A DNA stretch of 63,154 nt from Octopus bimaculoides (lineage: Eukaryota): assembly GCF_001194135.2 (NCBI RefSeq), contig NC_068982.1, positions 115,505,428 to 115,568,581 on the forward strand. The letters are read 5' to 3'. The position numbers were made by a program, and so were the translations under genes. This document shows, piece by piece, positions 1 to 12,122 of the stretch; positions within the stretch are counted from its first letter, which is position 1, and each line of letters begins with the position of its first letter. Under the pieces are notes generated by a model. That model was given only the letters and a program-made list of their open reading frames with translations, did no database searches and was not told where the DNA came from.

Positions 1-409
1 CAGTATAGCTATGGCTGATCGTATGAGTAGGAAACGTCTTCAGAATAGCTAGATAAGTTTTATAATTTGTGGTTTTATCTTGAGGCATTATATCATATTA
101 TATTATAATTATATTATATTAAAATTATATCATATTATATTATAATTATATTATATTATAATTTATGGTTTTATCTTGAGGCATTATCCTGAAAACTGCT
201 TCATGAATATTTTGTTACTAAATGTGATTTTAAGCTAATCATCCTTAGTCCAATTATTATGATCCCACCATGCAGAATTGCAGACAATCCTAATTGTTTT
301 TCTGTTTTCCTTTGTTGAATTCATACAATAAAATTGCTTGAATTTAATGTTTTTAGTGTACATTGTTTACATGTCGTTGAATCTATGTTTTGTTTATAGA
401 TAAAACACT

Positions 410-870
410 TTATCCAATCTACCTTGCTGTTTTTAGGTACCATAGTGTGTGTTTTAGATCAATGGACTGCATTGATAAGCAAGTCACTTGATTGTCAATA
501 GTACAGTTCGTCTAACTGTTTTTAAGTACCACAATGTGTTATAGATCACTGGATTGTCTTAGTACTATCAACAATTGTCAACAGTACAATCAACCTAATA
601 ATAAGTAGGTACCACAAGGTGATATGATATAGTTCATTGTACTGTGTTTATGATCAAGACATTTCTCTGTCCACCTAGCTGTAAATGTGTACTCTAGTAT
701 AGTATAAAGCTTACTGTGCTGTGTCAGTAACCAAGGCACTTAAATAGTCCAATTCACCCAATTTTAGATAGGTACAATGATGTAGTATAGTTAACTGTAC
801 TGTGTCTATTATCAAGAAACTCAAGTGTTAATAGTCTAGTCCAACTAACTGTAGTGAGATATAGTTCATT
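410..870. repeat. Degenerate ~83-90-bp tandem repeat
   Basis: (g/a)gtac(c/a)a anchors at 436, 525, 608, 771; atagtt(c/a)a(t/c)tgtactgtgt..at.atcaaga at ~629 and ~787. Confidence 0.6.
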
Positions 871-1152
871 TTTATAAATAGAAGTCACGATATCAACAAG
901 TGTTTAACTGACTTGCAATGCAACATTCAAAGCCAGTATCACTCAGAAAGATGTATTTGTGTCTCACATGTTCTCATTGAAAATACTCTTGTGTACCATG
1001 ACCCCTGATCATGAAAATTTATGTCAATTCCAGTTTTGGGTAGAGGATCAATGACTCGTGTCAGTACATGCCAATGTTTGTGTACCTAACCTACTAATAC
1101 AGCAACAGCAAATTACTTTTTACTAATCATATAAAACCACATGTCTACAGGT

Positions 1153-1240
1153 TAACAATAACAACAACAATAGCAACAGCAGCAATAACAACAACAGTAG
1201 CAGCTGCAATAATAATAATGATGACAACTGCAGCACAACA
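1153..1240. repeat. Degenerate (CAA/CAG/AAT)n trinucleotide tract
   Basis: aacaataacaacaacaatagcaacagcagc... Confidence 0.8.
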
Positions 1241-4040
1241 ATCCTGACTATCAGTGAGGATATCTTATCATGAATGCACATCTTCAGTGTAGTAAAGACT
1301 GTATCTCAGAAACTGACCCTTCTCTTCAGAGCCAGAAAATACTTCAGCTCAAAATAGTCACCAACTCAGTACTAAGCTCAAGTGAAATTCCCAATGATGT
1401 ATTTCTCTTTCACCTGGGATGGTGCTACTGTCATGCACACAGACATTCCCGATTGCATTTAGAGAAAGGCCATTTAACTGATTGGCATAAACATAAATTT
1501 ACTCACAAAAACACACTACCACTTTTGGTCCATGGACATGCAGTCTCTTCTCTGTGCATTTCTACTGCTTCTGCAGTAGCCTCTGCTCTTTCTGAATATG
1601 TGGATGGTCATAAGAGTGGCACCCACCATGAAAAGATGAATAGGAGGTGCCTCTGATGATAGGGATATGTGAGGCACAGAGATGAGCAGCTGGTGGCAAA
1701 GACAACCTTAAGAATCAGCTCAAATGGACAACAACAATGCAAACAAGATAACAATGGATAGACCAATTAAGAGAGATATGCAACAGGCCAACATTATTCC
1801 AGGCGAAGGGCATACAAGAAATTGGACCTCATTTGGCAACTCAAAAATACTTGATAGTATGAATAAATAATTTACGAATGTACTGATATGCAAATGAGCA
1901 AAATCAACACCTATTAAAGAATTTTAAGAAATATTTCTAAGCTGCTTCCTCTGTCATTAAGAGGAATAGAAGTAGGCACACTTGATAATGAGACATCAAT
2001 AACCAACTGAAATGAATTGAGTTGTTCTTGGGTTCACTTTGCAAACAGAGGCCTGTTGATTAAACACAGGGCTCTGTCTACACAGCTTGGCTGTGTACAC
2101 ATTGTCAAACATATTCATGTGAACTTATTTATAATTTAACTGCATACACACACTGATTAAGTACTTTAGTTATTCTTATTTACTTTATTATTTCCAAAAG
2201 GATTTAAAGTCAAACTATGTTATCCCTTGGGACAAATACATCAATGGGAGACTTAATGAGAGATTAAGAAAATTTATGATTAGTGACTAGTGATCACTTC
2301 ACTAATTCTTTTTAATGTCAGAAGGATGATAATCTCAGTGTACTTAGAAATTAAGTCTTTTTATGTTGGTTACTGTTTAGTGTTAATAGATTTAAGTACT
2401 GACTATTTTCTGTGGCATATAAGATAACTGGTTGGTTTCCAACCTTTTATCATCATGACCCATTTCAGCAAATCAGTAATTCTCCACTACCAATTTATTT
2501 CTTAGATATATTTCAGTTACTTATAAACCCTAACCTACAAATCTGTGACCTTATAACATTGGTAGACAGTGGTAAAAATGAGTGTTTGGAGCTTGGTCAA
2601 TAAAAGAACAGATGAATTAAAAACTAAAGAAAAAAAAGAATATGTGGTCATTTCTTGTCATTGAAGAGATTTCATGATCAATATTCTTCTTAAAAAAGGA
2701 GCAATAATATTTCATGTCTGCAGTTGTTGATGTTGATGTTCCTGGTCAACTCTGATCTACAAATATATGATCAAAAATGCTCTATCCATGACCACCCAAC
2801 TTTATTCAATGCTTTATTCAATGAATCTTTCTAAGGATAGTAGGTTGTCATTTGAAGGATATCTGACAGCTATTTCTAGCAAGTTAAGTAACAACATAGA
2901 AGCTTCTGTCATTGGTTCAAAAGGATCCTACTACAATTTTTATAAATTCCAGTCTAATCTTGTTTTGCTAATTAGATCACATTGGCAACAGAAACTATCA
3001 TCTATGCTTAGTGTGACATCTGAGCAAGTCAAAGACCTATTTCATGAGTTCTCCCACAGTTAACTACACCATTATATATATTACTCATGAAGTTCAAGTA
3101 CCTAAGATTAAAGTTGAATTGATAGAGAGTGGAATTTTGTATTTGAAAACTGTGCAGAAGCCTGTCCTATGTGTTGGTAATAACTCTTACATGACATCAT
3201 AGTTCATACTAAAAAATCAAAGTTTATATGATAAACTATTATGCAGTACATCACTTCTTGATGACTAATTTATTGGCAAAAAATATAACAAAAACTGTTA
3301 TCTCTGAAATGTAGTTTCATGCCAAGATTCTCCATTAAATTCACACCCTAATTAGACATGGGCTGACATTTGAAAAGGTTAAATTAAATGGGAAACTTTT
3401 AGGAAAGCTACCATTTAGAAAGCAAATGAAATGAGATTACAGAAACAATTTATCTCTGTACATAAACACCCAAACATCAGTAACAACAACAACAAAGTAT
3501 GAGGTTGATTAATGCAATATCATACAAATTGTTGATGTTGTGTTTGTCAAGAACATAGAATTAATTTAACTCGCAGCCTAATCTACATTTCTGACTAATA
3601 TGTAGGAAGCAGTGCACAACTTATTTCCTTCAGTACTTCTATTAATGAGAACTAGTTGCCAGTACTTGGATGTTTGAGTTCTATAATGAATGCTTATTAT
3701 ATAGTATATTGGTGTGATAATCTGAATGAAGAGTAGTAAGAGTTGACTTTAATTTGCAAAAGAATAGGTGGTTTCTATTGGTCACCAGTGACATTTATGT
3801 TGACTGTGATAATGGAATGTGAATACCAGAAAAAAGGAAAATAAAAAAAAGAGTTCAGTAGTGGGTGTGGCAGCAAGCAGTCTATATTGGCTCATGTTCA
3901 TAGTTTTGTGATATTTAGAGCTGAATTGAGTGAGAGTTGGGTGTTACATTTCAGAAAACTAACTCAGACATCAGTGTGAGGATTGTTTTTTTTTTAATTT
4001 TTAGTGTCAGTTGTCCTTTAGAAAAAGGTATTTGGAAGTT

Positions 4041-4058
4041 AGTTTCTCTCTCTCTCTC

Positions 4059-4104
<46 letters not shown>

Positions 4105-4365
4105 NNNNNNNNNNNNNNNNNNNNNNNNNNNNNNNNNNNNNNNNNNNNNNNNNNNNNNNNNNNNNNNNNNNNNNNNNNNNNNNNNNNNNNNNNNNNNNNN
4201 NNNNNNNNNNNNNNNNNNNNNNNNNNNNNNNNNNNNNNNNNNNNNNNNNNNNNNNNNNNNNNNNNNNNNNNNNNNNNNNNNNNNNNNNNNNNNNNNNNNN
4301 NNNNNNNNNNNNNNNNNNNNNNNNNNNNNNNNNNNNNNNNNNNNNNNNNNNNNNNNNNNNNNNNN

Positions 4366-4399
<34 letters not shown>
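4041..4399. repeat. (CT)n(GT)n - gap 4105-4365 - (TA)n
   Basis: Read directly from the sequence. Confidence 0.95.
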
Positions 4400-4404
4400 A
4401 GTAG

Positions 4405-4812
4405 GGTTCAGTCCCACTGCATGTCACCTACAATGACCCCAGACCATCTAAAGCTCTGTGACTGAGTGAATCTGGTAGCCAAAAATTGAAAGAAGCCTAT
4501 TGTGTGTGTGTGTGTGTGTATGTGTGTGCTTGTGTGTATGCATGTGCACATGTGTGTGTGTGTGAGTGTGTGTTACCTTGTCTTGACATTGTGTGATAAT
4601 GTTGTACACCAACTTCCCCATCATACCAGCAGTGTCATTCAACTCCAATTTTTCATGTAAACATGTCTGGCCATAGGAAAATATTACCTTGTTTGGAAAC
4701 AGATGAGGGTTGGTGACATGATGGGCATCTGGTTGTAGAGAATCTGCCTTGGTAAATTTAATTTGACTCATGCAAGCATGAAAAAGTGGAGATTAAAATG
4801 AGGGATAATGAT
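4405..4812 (+). mobile_element. tRNA-derived SINE (family 1) with internal (GT)n and degenerate RTE-type tail; head lost in gap
   Basis: gggttcagtcccactgc B-box region; gtgaatctggtag..aaattgaaagaagcc body; tail gggttggtgacatgatgggcatctggttgtaga...gcatgaaaaagtgg...gatg. Confidence 0.75.
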
Positions 4813-4819
4813 GTTGATA

Positions 4820-5185
4820 TGTGTGTCTGTCTGAGAAAGTAGAATGAATGGGATGGATTGTGAATGAAGGAAGAGTGAGGGATGGAAACCAACAATGAAG
4901 ATTGGATGTCAATAGGGGGAGAACCACAGTTGTTTGAGTGAAGAGAAGGGGTCTCAGTTATATGCATAGTGTGCATATACATTATTCTTGGAGAGCATCA
5001 GTTGTATGGTTGAGAGCCTCATTTATATGGTTGGGTAAGTTTTCTTGAGTGTTACATATTATCTATCATCTGGGTCCTTTGTCATTTCTTCTGTGAGTCT
5101 CAGCATCTTTGGGATCAACCTTCAACACCTCATCCCATGTCTTCCTCTTCCCCAGATTGTTTCTCCTATGAGTGATTGGCACTTC
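4820..5185 (-). mobile_element. Old RTE LINE 3' fragment with pyrimidine-rich 3'UTR
   Basis: Minus strand reads ...KKCQSLIGET..GRGRxTWDEVLKVDPKMLRLTEEMTKD, homologous to the ORF end of the 27.7/28.7 kb copies. Confidence 0.6.
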
Positions 5186-5539
5186 TTTATACTACTATAT
5201 TCACTAGCTTCAAAATCATAGACTGATCAAAATATTTTCCCTTCTATTCAATAAAATTATTTTCTTGTTTGCTCATTCTGTGGTGCAATTTGTTTTTGTA
5301 ATGTCCTTCAGGATAAGAATATTTCAGTTTTCCACAGTGACTTTTGTGTTATTTTTACCAACATGTCATTAAGTAAAAAGCAAAACAAAAGCAAAAACAG
5401 CAACAAAACAAAGCAAAAAATAATTATATGAAATAAATAAAAGTGCAAAAGAATATAGAGATAAATTGATTGGAACAAGATCTAGTTTTAATGAAAAAGC
5501 AACCATCTACACATTGTTGGGAAACTGCCACCTGTGTTA

Positions 5540-6990
5540 ATCAGGACACTCCACATTCCTGATTAAGCAACTTTATTTTCACTCTGTATTGTTCATAAGT
5601 GGATATTCTAGAATCCTCTGCGAGTTATAGTAGGTTAGGGGTCAGTGAACCAGGGTAAGTTACTCCAAGTGGGGTAAAAATGAAATGCTTGGGAGTAATG
5701 AGGACACATTAGACAAGTAAAGTTATATAAAAAATGGGTTCCTTGTTACAACAGAAATTTTTCTTCTGGCAACACTGTATCTGTCCAATGTAATGGATGT
5801 GTAAATAGATTCATATAGAAAGATTCAATAGACCTTTTGAATTTTAAGAATCTATGATTTTCTTCCTTTGAAATCAAGTGGGTAATGTCGGCGTAAATAA
5901 ATATATTTTGAGATAATTGGTTAAAAAAGTTCCCTGACCCCTGTAGTAGGTGAATAGGGCCCATATCCTGTGGAATGTTGACATAGAGTATCTCATAACA
6001 TCTGTTGGAGATGTATGCTAATATTCTGGCCTTTTTATGCTACTTGGAATGTGATCACATCTCTTTCCTGATGTGCAAAGTCTAGAAAGTTCTGATGTAT
6101 TTCATATAAGGTCTTTTATTAGATACATTTTAGCCTCACAAAGGGCTGTGAAGTCCATTTCATTTAGGAAGGAAGTGGTGTTGGGGGTCCTCTTTATAGG
6201 AGCTGAACTCCTCTTCATTAGTGATGAGTTTTTCCTCAGCAGAGAATGCCTCTCCTGCTATTTTTAATTATTTTCTTTGGGTCTTCTAAATTTAAAAAAA
6301 AGAAAAAAAAAAAAAGCCTATTAATCCCCTTCAGCTCCTGTCTGGCCTCCATCTCCATAAGTGGATGATGTGGTACTGCTGTGTGGTGATATTTCTTGGT
6401 CAGTTAGTGCTCACTGCTGTTGCTACTATTGTAGTTCACTCACATTGTGACTACTGGTTGTGGTAAGGAGAGGGAGTTCACTGGGTTTCTTAGTTAGTGC
6501 CTGTCAGTGATGATGGGACAACATACAAGATTTGATTTTGTTCTTTTAGGCTTTCTATACAGAAAACTCTTAGATGACTTTTACAGTCATGTCTGGCACC
6601 TGGGCTTTCTGCCATTCATGCTGTATTTTAAGACTCCCCACTCAGCACCCTGTACAGGATATGAGTTTGGTATTATTTTGTGGTCTTGTAGAGTTATGAG
6701 GATTTGTATGTTTATTGCAACCTCACTTGACCACAGATCACCAAAAGTTACATTAGCACTGACTACCCCCTTATATTGTGGTATGAAAGTGACTCCAAGC
6801 CAAGGATTGATGTTGTCACCAATGTCTCTGATGGTGATACTTGTGTTTTCTTTTGTCCAAAATGTGTGATTAATTTATGAGCAGGTCTGCCTTCAGATAT
6901 TTGGGTTTGTACTTTTGCTGTATCCTCTGTTTTAAAAACAAACACGTATGGTACTTTATACCTTTTCTCTCCATTCTTCAAAATCTGTCT
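5540..6990 (-). mobile_element. Very degenerate L1/Tx1-like LINE 5' part (ORF1 zinc knuckle and ORF2 endonuclease-like relic)
   Basis: Minus strand near 6620-6560: GRKPRCQT*L-KSHLRVFC (CCHC-like, with a stop and a frameshift); 6200-5750 weakly resembles APE endonuclease. Confidence 0.35.
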
Positions 6991-7007
6991 TATGCACAAA
7001 CTAATTA

Positions 7008-7082
7008 AGACAGCTGCAGGAGGAATACCTAGCCAGAGATAAACCTCTGTACTTGGCTTTCATTAACAGGGTCCCTCGATCC
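7008..7082 (+). mobile_element. Tiny RTE RT fragment
   Basis: [24 protein letters not shown] (RT motif with the DLEKAF segment deleted). Confidence 0.65.
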
Positions 7083-7085
7083 CTT

Positions 7086-7095
7086 ATATATATGT

Positions 7096-7148
<53 letters not shown>

Positions 7149-7172
7149 CATATATATGTATGTATATCTTTG

Positions 7173-7203
<31 letters not shown>

Positions 7204-7218
7204 ATATATATATATATG
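7086..7218. repeat. Compound (CA)/(TA)/(TATG) microsatellite
   Basis: Read directly from the sequence. Confidence 0.9.
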
Positions 7219-7279
7219 TGGGTCATCTGTCTGTATACACACACCTATATCTATTACATGCATATATGAATATTGGATT

Positions 7280-8490
7280 GAAAGCAATGCAAAAATAGGC
7301 ATAATTTTTTTATTAACTGACTTAGGTTGTTCAAATTACATATGTTGGTAGAGTAACCCTTTATAACAACTCTTCTTATTCCTTGGAAATAAGTAATGGA
7401 TTCCAAGCAGAAGCAATGGGCTTTCATTAAATTCTTGATGAAAGAAGGGTGCAAGATGTCCAACAGCCACCGGAGGGAGGCTACAGGTTGTTTACAGAGA
7501 TGACACAATTGACAAGAGCAATGTGTACTGATGTATTTTAAGAAGGGGAAGTCACGTAGTGGAAGACCATCAGCTATGACCACTGGTATGAATCGCCAGC
7601 AGGTGGATGAATTGATTCATACAGACAGACGTATCGTAATCTGCGTGCTTAATACTCAATTCAGCTGTGGTCACAATGCATTACAAAAGATGGTGGAAGA
7701 CTTTGGGTATCGGAAAGTGTGTGCAAAGTAGGTACTGCAGAAGATGATATCCAATTTGAGGAAGAGAAGGATGGAAATCTGCTCTGACCTGCTAGAAGTG
7801 TTTCAAACCAATGAAGACATGTTTTTTTTTGTCTCTGATTTGGTGACGGGGATGAAATGTGGCTATATCTTCATGATCCTGAAATAAAGGCCCAGTCTTG
7901 AGAAAGGTATCACACTTCTCCAAGGCCTAAAAAGTTCAAAAGCCAGTGATCGGCACAATGTTTCAATGACTGTTTTGAATGATGGCAAGGTTATCATTCT
8001 CTTATTTTTCTAGAATGTGACTGTGCACCTGAAAAGCTTAGGGAAGCTATTAGGAAGAAGGGACTGAACAAAACCTTAGAATGACCCACTTTTACCATGA
8101 TAATGCGCAACCATACACATCTTTTGCAACAAATCAGGCAATCGGCAAATTGGGCTAGCCAGTGTTCCCCCACTTAACGTACAGCCAAGATCTGACGTTC
8201 TCCAACTTTCACCTGTTCGGCTCAATGAAGAAAGGTCTCCAGGGACAACGAATGACACAGACAAGATGCAAGTGATCATGAAGAAGTGGGGCCACCGTAC
8301 ATGCTCGAATGTTTTCAAAGGGTATTCCAGACTTGGGCTCAACGATGGCGTAAAGGCATCACTTGTTATGGACACTAATGTTGAATAGTACTTTTGTATA
8401 GAGGAGGAGTTACTCTACCAACATGTGCAGTATGAATGACCTATGACAATTAACAAAAATGTCATGCTGACTTTTGGGACAAGCCTTGTA
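7280..8490 (+). mobile_element. Full-length decayed mariner (DD34D-type)
   Basis: Relic motifs SGRPS, GYRKVCAK*V, VTGDE, HDNAQP, YSQDL, FHLFG; degenerate terminal inverted repeats (core tacatatgttggtagagtaac 7337-7357 / gttactctaccaacatgtgca 8409-8429); right end ...gccttg|TA. Confidence 0.85.
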
Positions 8491-8947
8491 TAACTGTATT
8501 GGGTAGCGCTGTGTCTGACCCAACAAACCTACAGACAAAGCACTCTAGCCATGACCAGCTTTTTTATTCATTTACAGTGTATCTAGGATTACATTACCCA
8601 GTGTGTCCTTTAAAAAAAAAAAATATAGGAAATGATTTAAAGAGGGTTTGGCTGCTGTTTTTAGTTGGTTGAGGAATTGCTTAGGGGCTTCTTTGTTGTG
8701 ACTGTGCAGACCGGTGAGTACAGCTGACCATTCTGTTGATTGTCAAAAGTATGGATTTCTTATTCCCTTTACAATTAAAGAGTACATTTTCTGTATGCTG
8801 AAAAAAAAAAATCCTCCTCAAAAATATATATATAAAAACGAAAATACATATATTCAAAAATTTGTACTCAAACTTTCATACCTCAATAAGGGACATTTAC
8901 CTTTCAAAAGTTGTATAAAGACTGGGGCAAATGTGTATATAGATATA

Positions 8948-10441
8948 CAAGGGTTGGACAAAATAATGGAAACCCCTTAAAATTTCAAACAAATTTATTT
9001 TAATAAGGGGTAGGATAACCTTTGGTAGTAATTATAGCTTGAATTCTATGCGGTATGGACTCATACAAAGTTTGAATTGTTTCCAAAGGAATTTTTGTCC
9101 ATTCTCCAGTTCTTGTAGTGATGATGGTGGAGGATATTGACTCCTTACATATTTTTCTAAAATGCACTATAGAAAACAGGTTGTTGTCCTTCTAATGTGA
9201 CTCTACTCAGAAGGCTGAAATCTCATTTGACAGGAAACCCAGTATAAAGAAATACATGGAACAAGGTGGTGACTTTAAATGTCTTTAATGCAGGGCACAC
9301 GTATATATACACAAACTGAATGATAAATGGAAGTGGTTGATGGACATTTATTCATATATCTACATGCATCTGCATGGGTTGTATATTAGCTGTTAATCCC
9401 GGTGAGGAAGATCATGAACAGTTATATGTTAGATCCAATGCAGTGTAAAGATGTTGTTGACGATGTTGGTGAGAGACATGATGGTGGTGATGAAGATGGA
9501 GGTCACTGTCAGTGGTTAGACCTTAGAAGGTCTGAAACCAACAAATCTTGAGACAAGAAGGAGGTGAGTTTTTTATAGCTAATGGTAGGCTCAAATGCAG
9601 TCTGGAACAGACTATCTTGCATGATTTATTTGGAGGCTGCGATTGGTTAGGTTGCATATTGGCGCATGATAGAGTAAGAGACAAATTGTGCCAATACCAA
9701 CTAATCAGAGTGGTAGACACAACAGGGTCCAAAACAACGCCCAAAGATTATCTGTTATCTGCCACGCTCGTATGTACGTATATATAATAGAGAGAGAGGA
9801 AGTTCACTAGAGTTCGCTACAGCACCATAAATGTTCAATAATATTGAGATCTGGGGACTGTGGTGGCCAGATAACATATTCAACTTCACTAGAATGTTCC
9901 TCGTGCCATTCAGTAACAACTTTAGCCGTGTGAATTGGTGCATTATCACCCTGAAAGATTGCATTTCTCTCCAGAAACAGTTCCACAATCATAGGATGAA
10001 TTTGATCAGATAAAATTATTAGATAGTCTTGACTATTAATTCTGCCACAAAGGAAAACCATTGGGTCGGCAGATTTCCAAGATATAGCCCTTCCCCACCA
10101 GATCATCACAGATCCTCCTCCATGTTTAACAGTTGAAAGAAGGCAGTCTGGGTCAAATGCTTCTTTTGGCTGGCTCCACACGTTTACTCGGCTGGTGGTC
10201 GGAAATAAGGTAAAAGATGACTCGTCCGAGAAAATAACATTCTTCCACTGTCTAGGGACCAATTCTGTAGGTTTTTACTCCACTCTAAATGCTTTGCAAC
10301 ATTTGTTTTTGAAAGTAGTGGTTTTCTGATTGTAGCCCTCCCGTGAAATCCAGCTTTGTGCAGCTCCTGGCGAACAGTTTTTGTGGAAACTGGGTTCTTG
10401 AGGTGGTCATTAAGCTCTGCAGTACTTTTGTGATCCTTTCT
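8948..10441 (-). mobile_element. Tc1-like transposon with DD36E catalytic spacing; interrupted by a solo LTR; 5' end in gap
   Basis: TA|CAAGGGTTGGACAAAATAATGGAAAC TIR; FSDES...FQGDNAPIH...WPPQSPDLNIIEHLWC; C-terminus ILEKYVRSQYPPPSSLQEL...WTKIPLETIQTLYESIPHRIQAIITTKGYPTPY* at 9160-9000; frameshifts present. Confidence 0.92.
9168..9821 (-). mobile_element. Solo LTR (654 bp), probably Gypsy-type, inserted in the Tc1 transposase
   Basis: GCAC direct repeat 9164-9167 / 9822-9825; termini TATAGAAAAC...GTTCGCTACA (imperfect TG..CA inverted repeat); minus strand has CCAAT x2, TATAAAA and AATAAA/ATTAAA in LTR order. Confidence 0.7.
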
Positions 10442-10848
10442 NNNNNNNNNNNNNNNNNNNNNNNNNNNNNNNNNNNNNNNNNNNNNNNNNNNNNNNNNNN
10501 NNNNNNNNNNNNNNNNNNNNNNNNNNNNNNNNNNNNNNNNNNNNNNNNNNNNNNNNNNNNNNNNNNNNNNNNNNNNNNNNNNNNNNNNNNNNNNNNNNNN
10601 NNNNNNNNNNNNNNNNNNNNNNNNNNNNNNNNNNNNNNNNNNNNNNNNNNNNNNNNNNNNNNNNNNNNNNNNNNNNNNNNNNNNNNNNNNNNNNNNNNNN
10701 NNNNNNNNNNNNNNNNNNNNNNNNNNNNNNNNNNNNNNNNNNNNNNNNNNNNNNNNNNNNNNNNNNNNNNNNNNNNNNNNNNNNNNNNNNNNNNNNNNNN
10801 NNNNNNNNNNNNNNNNNNNNNNNNNNNNNNNNNNNNNNNNNNNNNNNN
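10442..10848. other. Assembly gap (others: 4105-4365, 12123-12670, 16058-16294, 19026-19226, 27428-27650, 28738-29187)
   Basis: Runs of N, each abutting microsatellites or transposons. Confidence 1.
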
Positions 10849-11349
10849 TGCTTTTAAGTTTATTCATTGATATAGTTTTTTGGGGAGTAGGGGAAGAAGG
10901 CGTCGAAGGTAGGATGAAAGAAAATACTTATTCTTTTGTACTCTTTATAGCATTTTGATTTCCAGTTTGAGCGAAGAAACGAGGTTAGGTATAAAACAAG
11001 TACCCAAACAAACCTTTGGCAAACTCTAAAAAGAAAAAAAAAAAAGAATCAAATTGATAAATTCGAGCACCTTTCTTCTCAGTCGTAATTGTTTCTTATT
11101 AAGGTATATTTTTTTTAGAAGAGAAGAAACGAGATAGCGTGATGTTCATATTTATTCCAAACAACAGAGAAATAAGTTTGATCCAACTGCGAATCGAACC
11201 CGCGTTGTGAAATGTATTTGTAGGTATCTGTAAATCTTATTCCACCACATGCGCAACATTCACAACCAGCTATGTATTTGCTAAACAGATATTAGATATC
11301 AAAAGCAGGTCCTTTACTCAAAACCTTAATTTCACCATGTTTAGTTAGG

Positions 11350-11813
11350 TGTACAGGGATGTCAGTCGGTCGAGCTGTAGTAGTGGTAGCGACCCAAATA
11401 ACATCGTACGCGTCGGATTGCATGCAACAGGGGAGCAACAATTCTTATTACTATGTAAGCAATCACGTGACATTGGTGGCTCTTCTTTCCACTGCTCGAA
11501 CACCCCACCGATAACTTCATCTAAATTGATTGGAATCGATTGAAATAAGTATCTCATCTCAAAAATCCTGATCGAACCATAAAGCTTAAGTATATATTCA
11601 TTTTGATACATGGTCTCAGTTTCGTTTGTACTCAAACATTGTGTTTAATTGAGTAAAATTGCCTTCTTAGCGACTGGGGTGTGATGCATGACTTTGAGAG
11701 AGTTGCACACAAGTGTTACATCCATCACAGACGCCATATCACCTGGTGGTAAACTCGCCCCTTGGTCTTCAGTTTACAGTGGAGTTTGTGTCTGCTTCCA
11801 GTTTATATAAAAG
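11350..11813 (+). promoter_or_regulatory. Candidate main promoter and non-coding first exon (~11618-11813) of alpha-spectrin
   Basis: CpG-rich; TCACGTGA 11463-11470; ATTGG 11472 and 11529; TATATA 11591; TCAGTT 11616-11621; donor AAG|GTAATA at 11813/11814 followed by T-rich sequence. Confidence 0.45.
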
Positions 11814-11974
11814 GTAATATATATATTTATTGAATTTCATTTCCCTTGCGTTCCACTATTTTTCTTTGCATTCATGTGCAGGGAGGGTGTTATTTAACTA
11901 GACAAAAACTTTTCCTCCTCTGACTTAAATTTTTTCTGTCGACCGATATTCAATGCACAGCCATAAACTATGAT

Positions 11975-12069
11975 GCATGTGTGTGTGTATATATATATCC
12001 ATACCATAGCGTGTGTTTATACGCACACCACAGTGCGCGCGCGTGCATATATATATATATATATATATA

Positions 12070-12122
<53 letters not shown>

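Noticed and set aside
67-188. Direct repeat ggttttatcttgaggcattat flanking an (ATTAT)n tract
   Set aside because: Simple local slippage duplication.
1270-1656. 128-aa ORF
   Set aside because: No domain or splice context; probably decayed repeat sequence.
2046-2097. Two adjacent small hairpins
   Set aside because: Stems of 8-10 bp with no supporting context are expected by chance in 63 kb.
3937-4465. Long ORFs spanning N gaps (also 10184-10870, 11925-12749, 15998-16366, 18993-19436, 27270-29361)
   Set aside because: Artefacts of X runs and dinucleotide repeats; only the transposon-derived parts are real.
11300-11338. Minus-strand start AAACATGG of a divergent gene
   Set aside because: No downstream coding exons could be identified in 1-10 kb, so there is no support beyond a Kozak-like context.
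11345-11635. 96-aa minus-strand ORF
   Set aside because: No recognisable motif; it overlaps promoter-like CpG sequence, which lengthens ORFs by chance.
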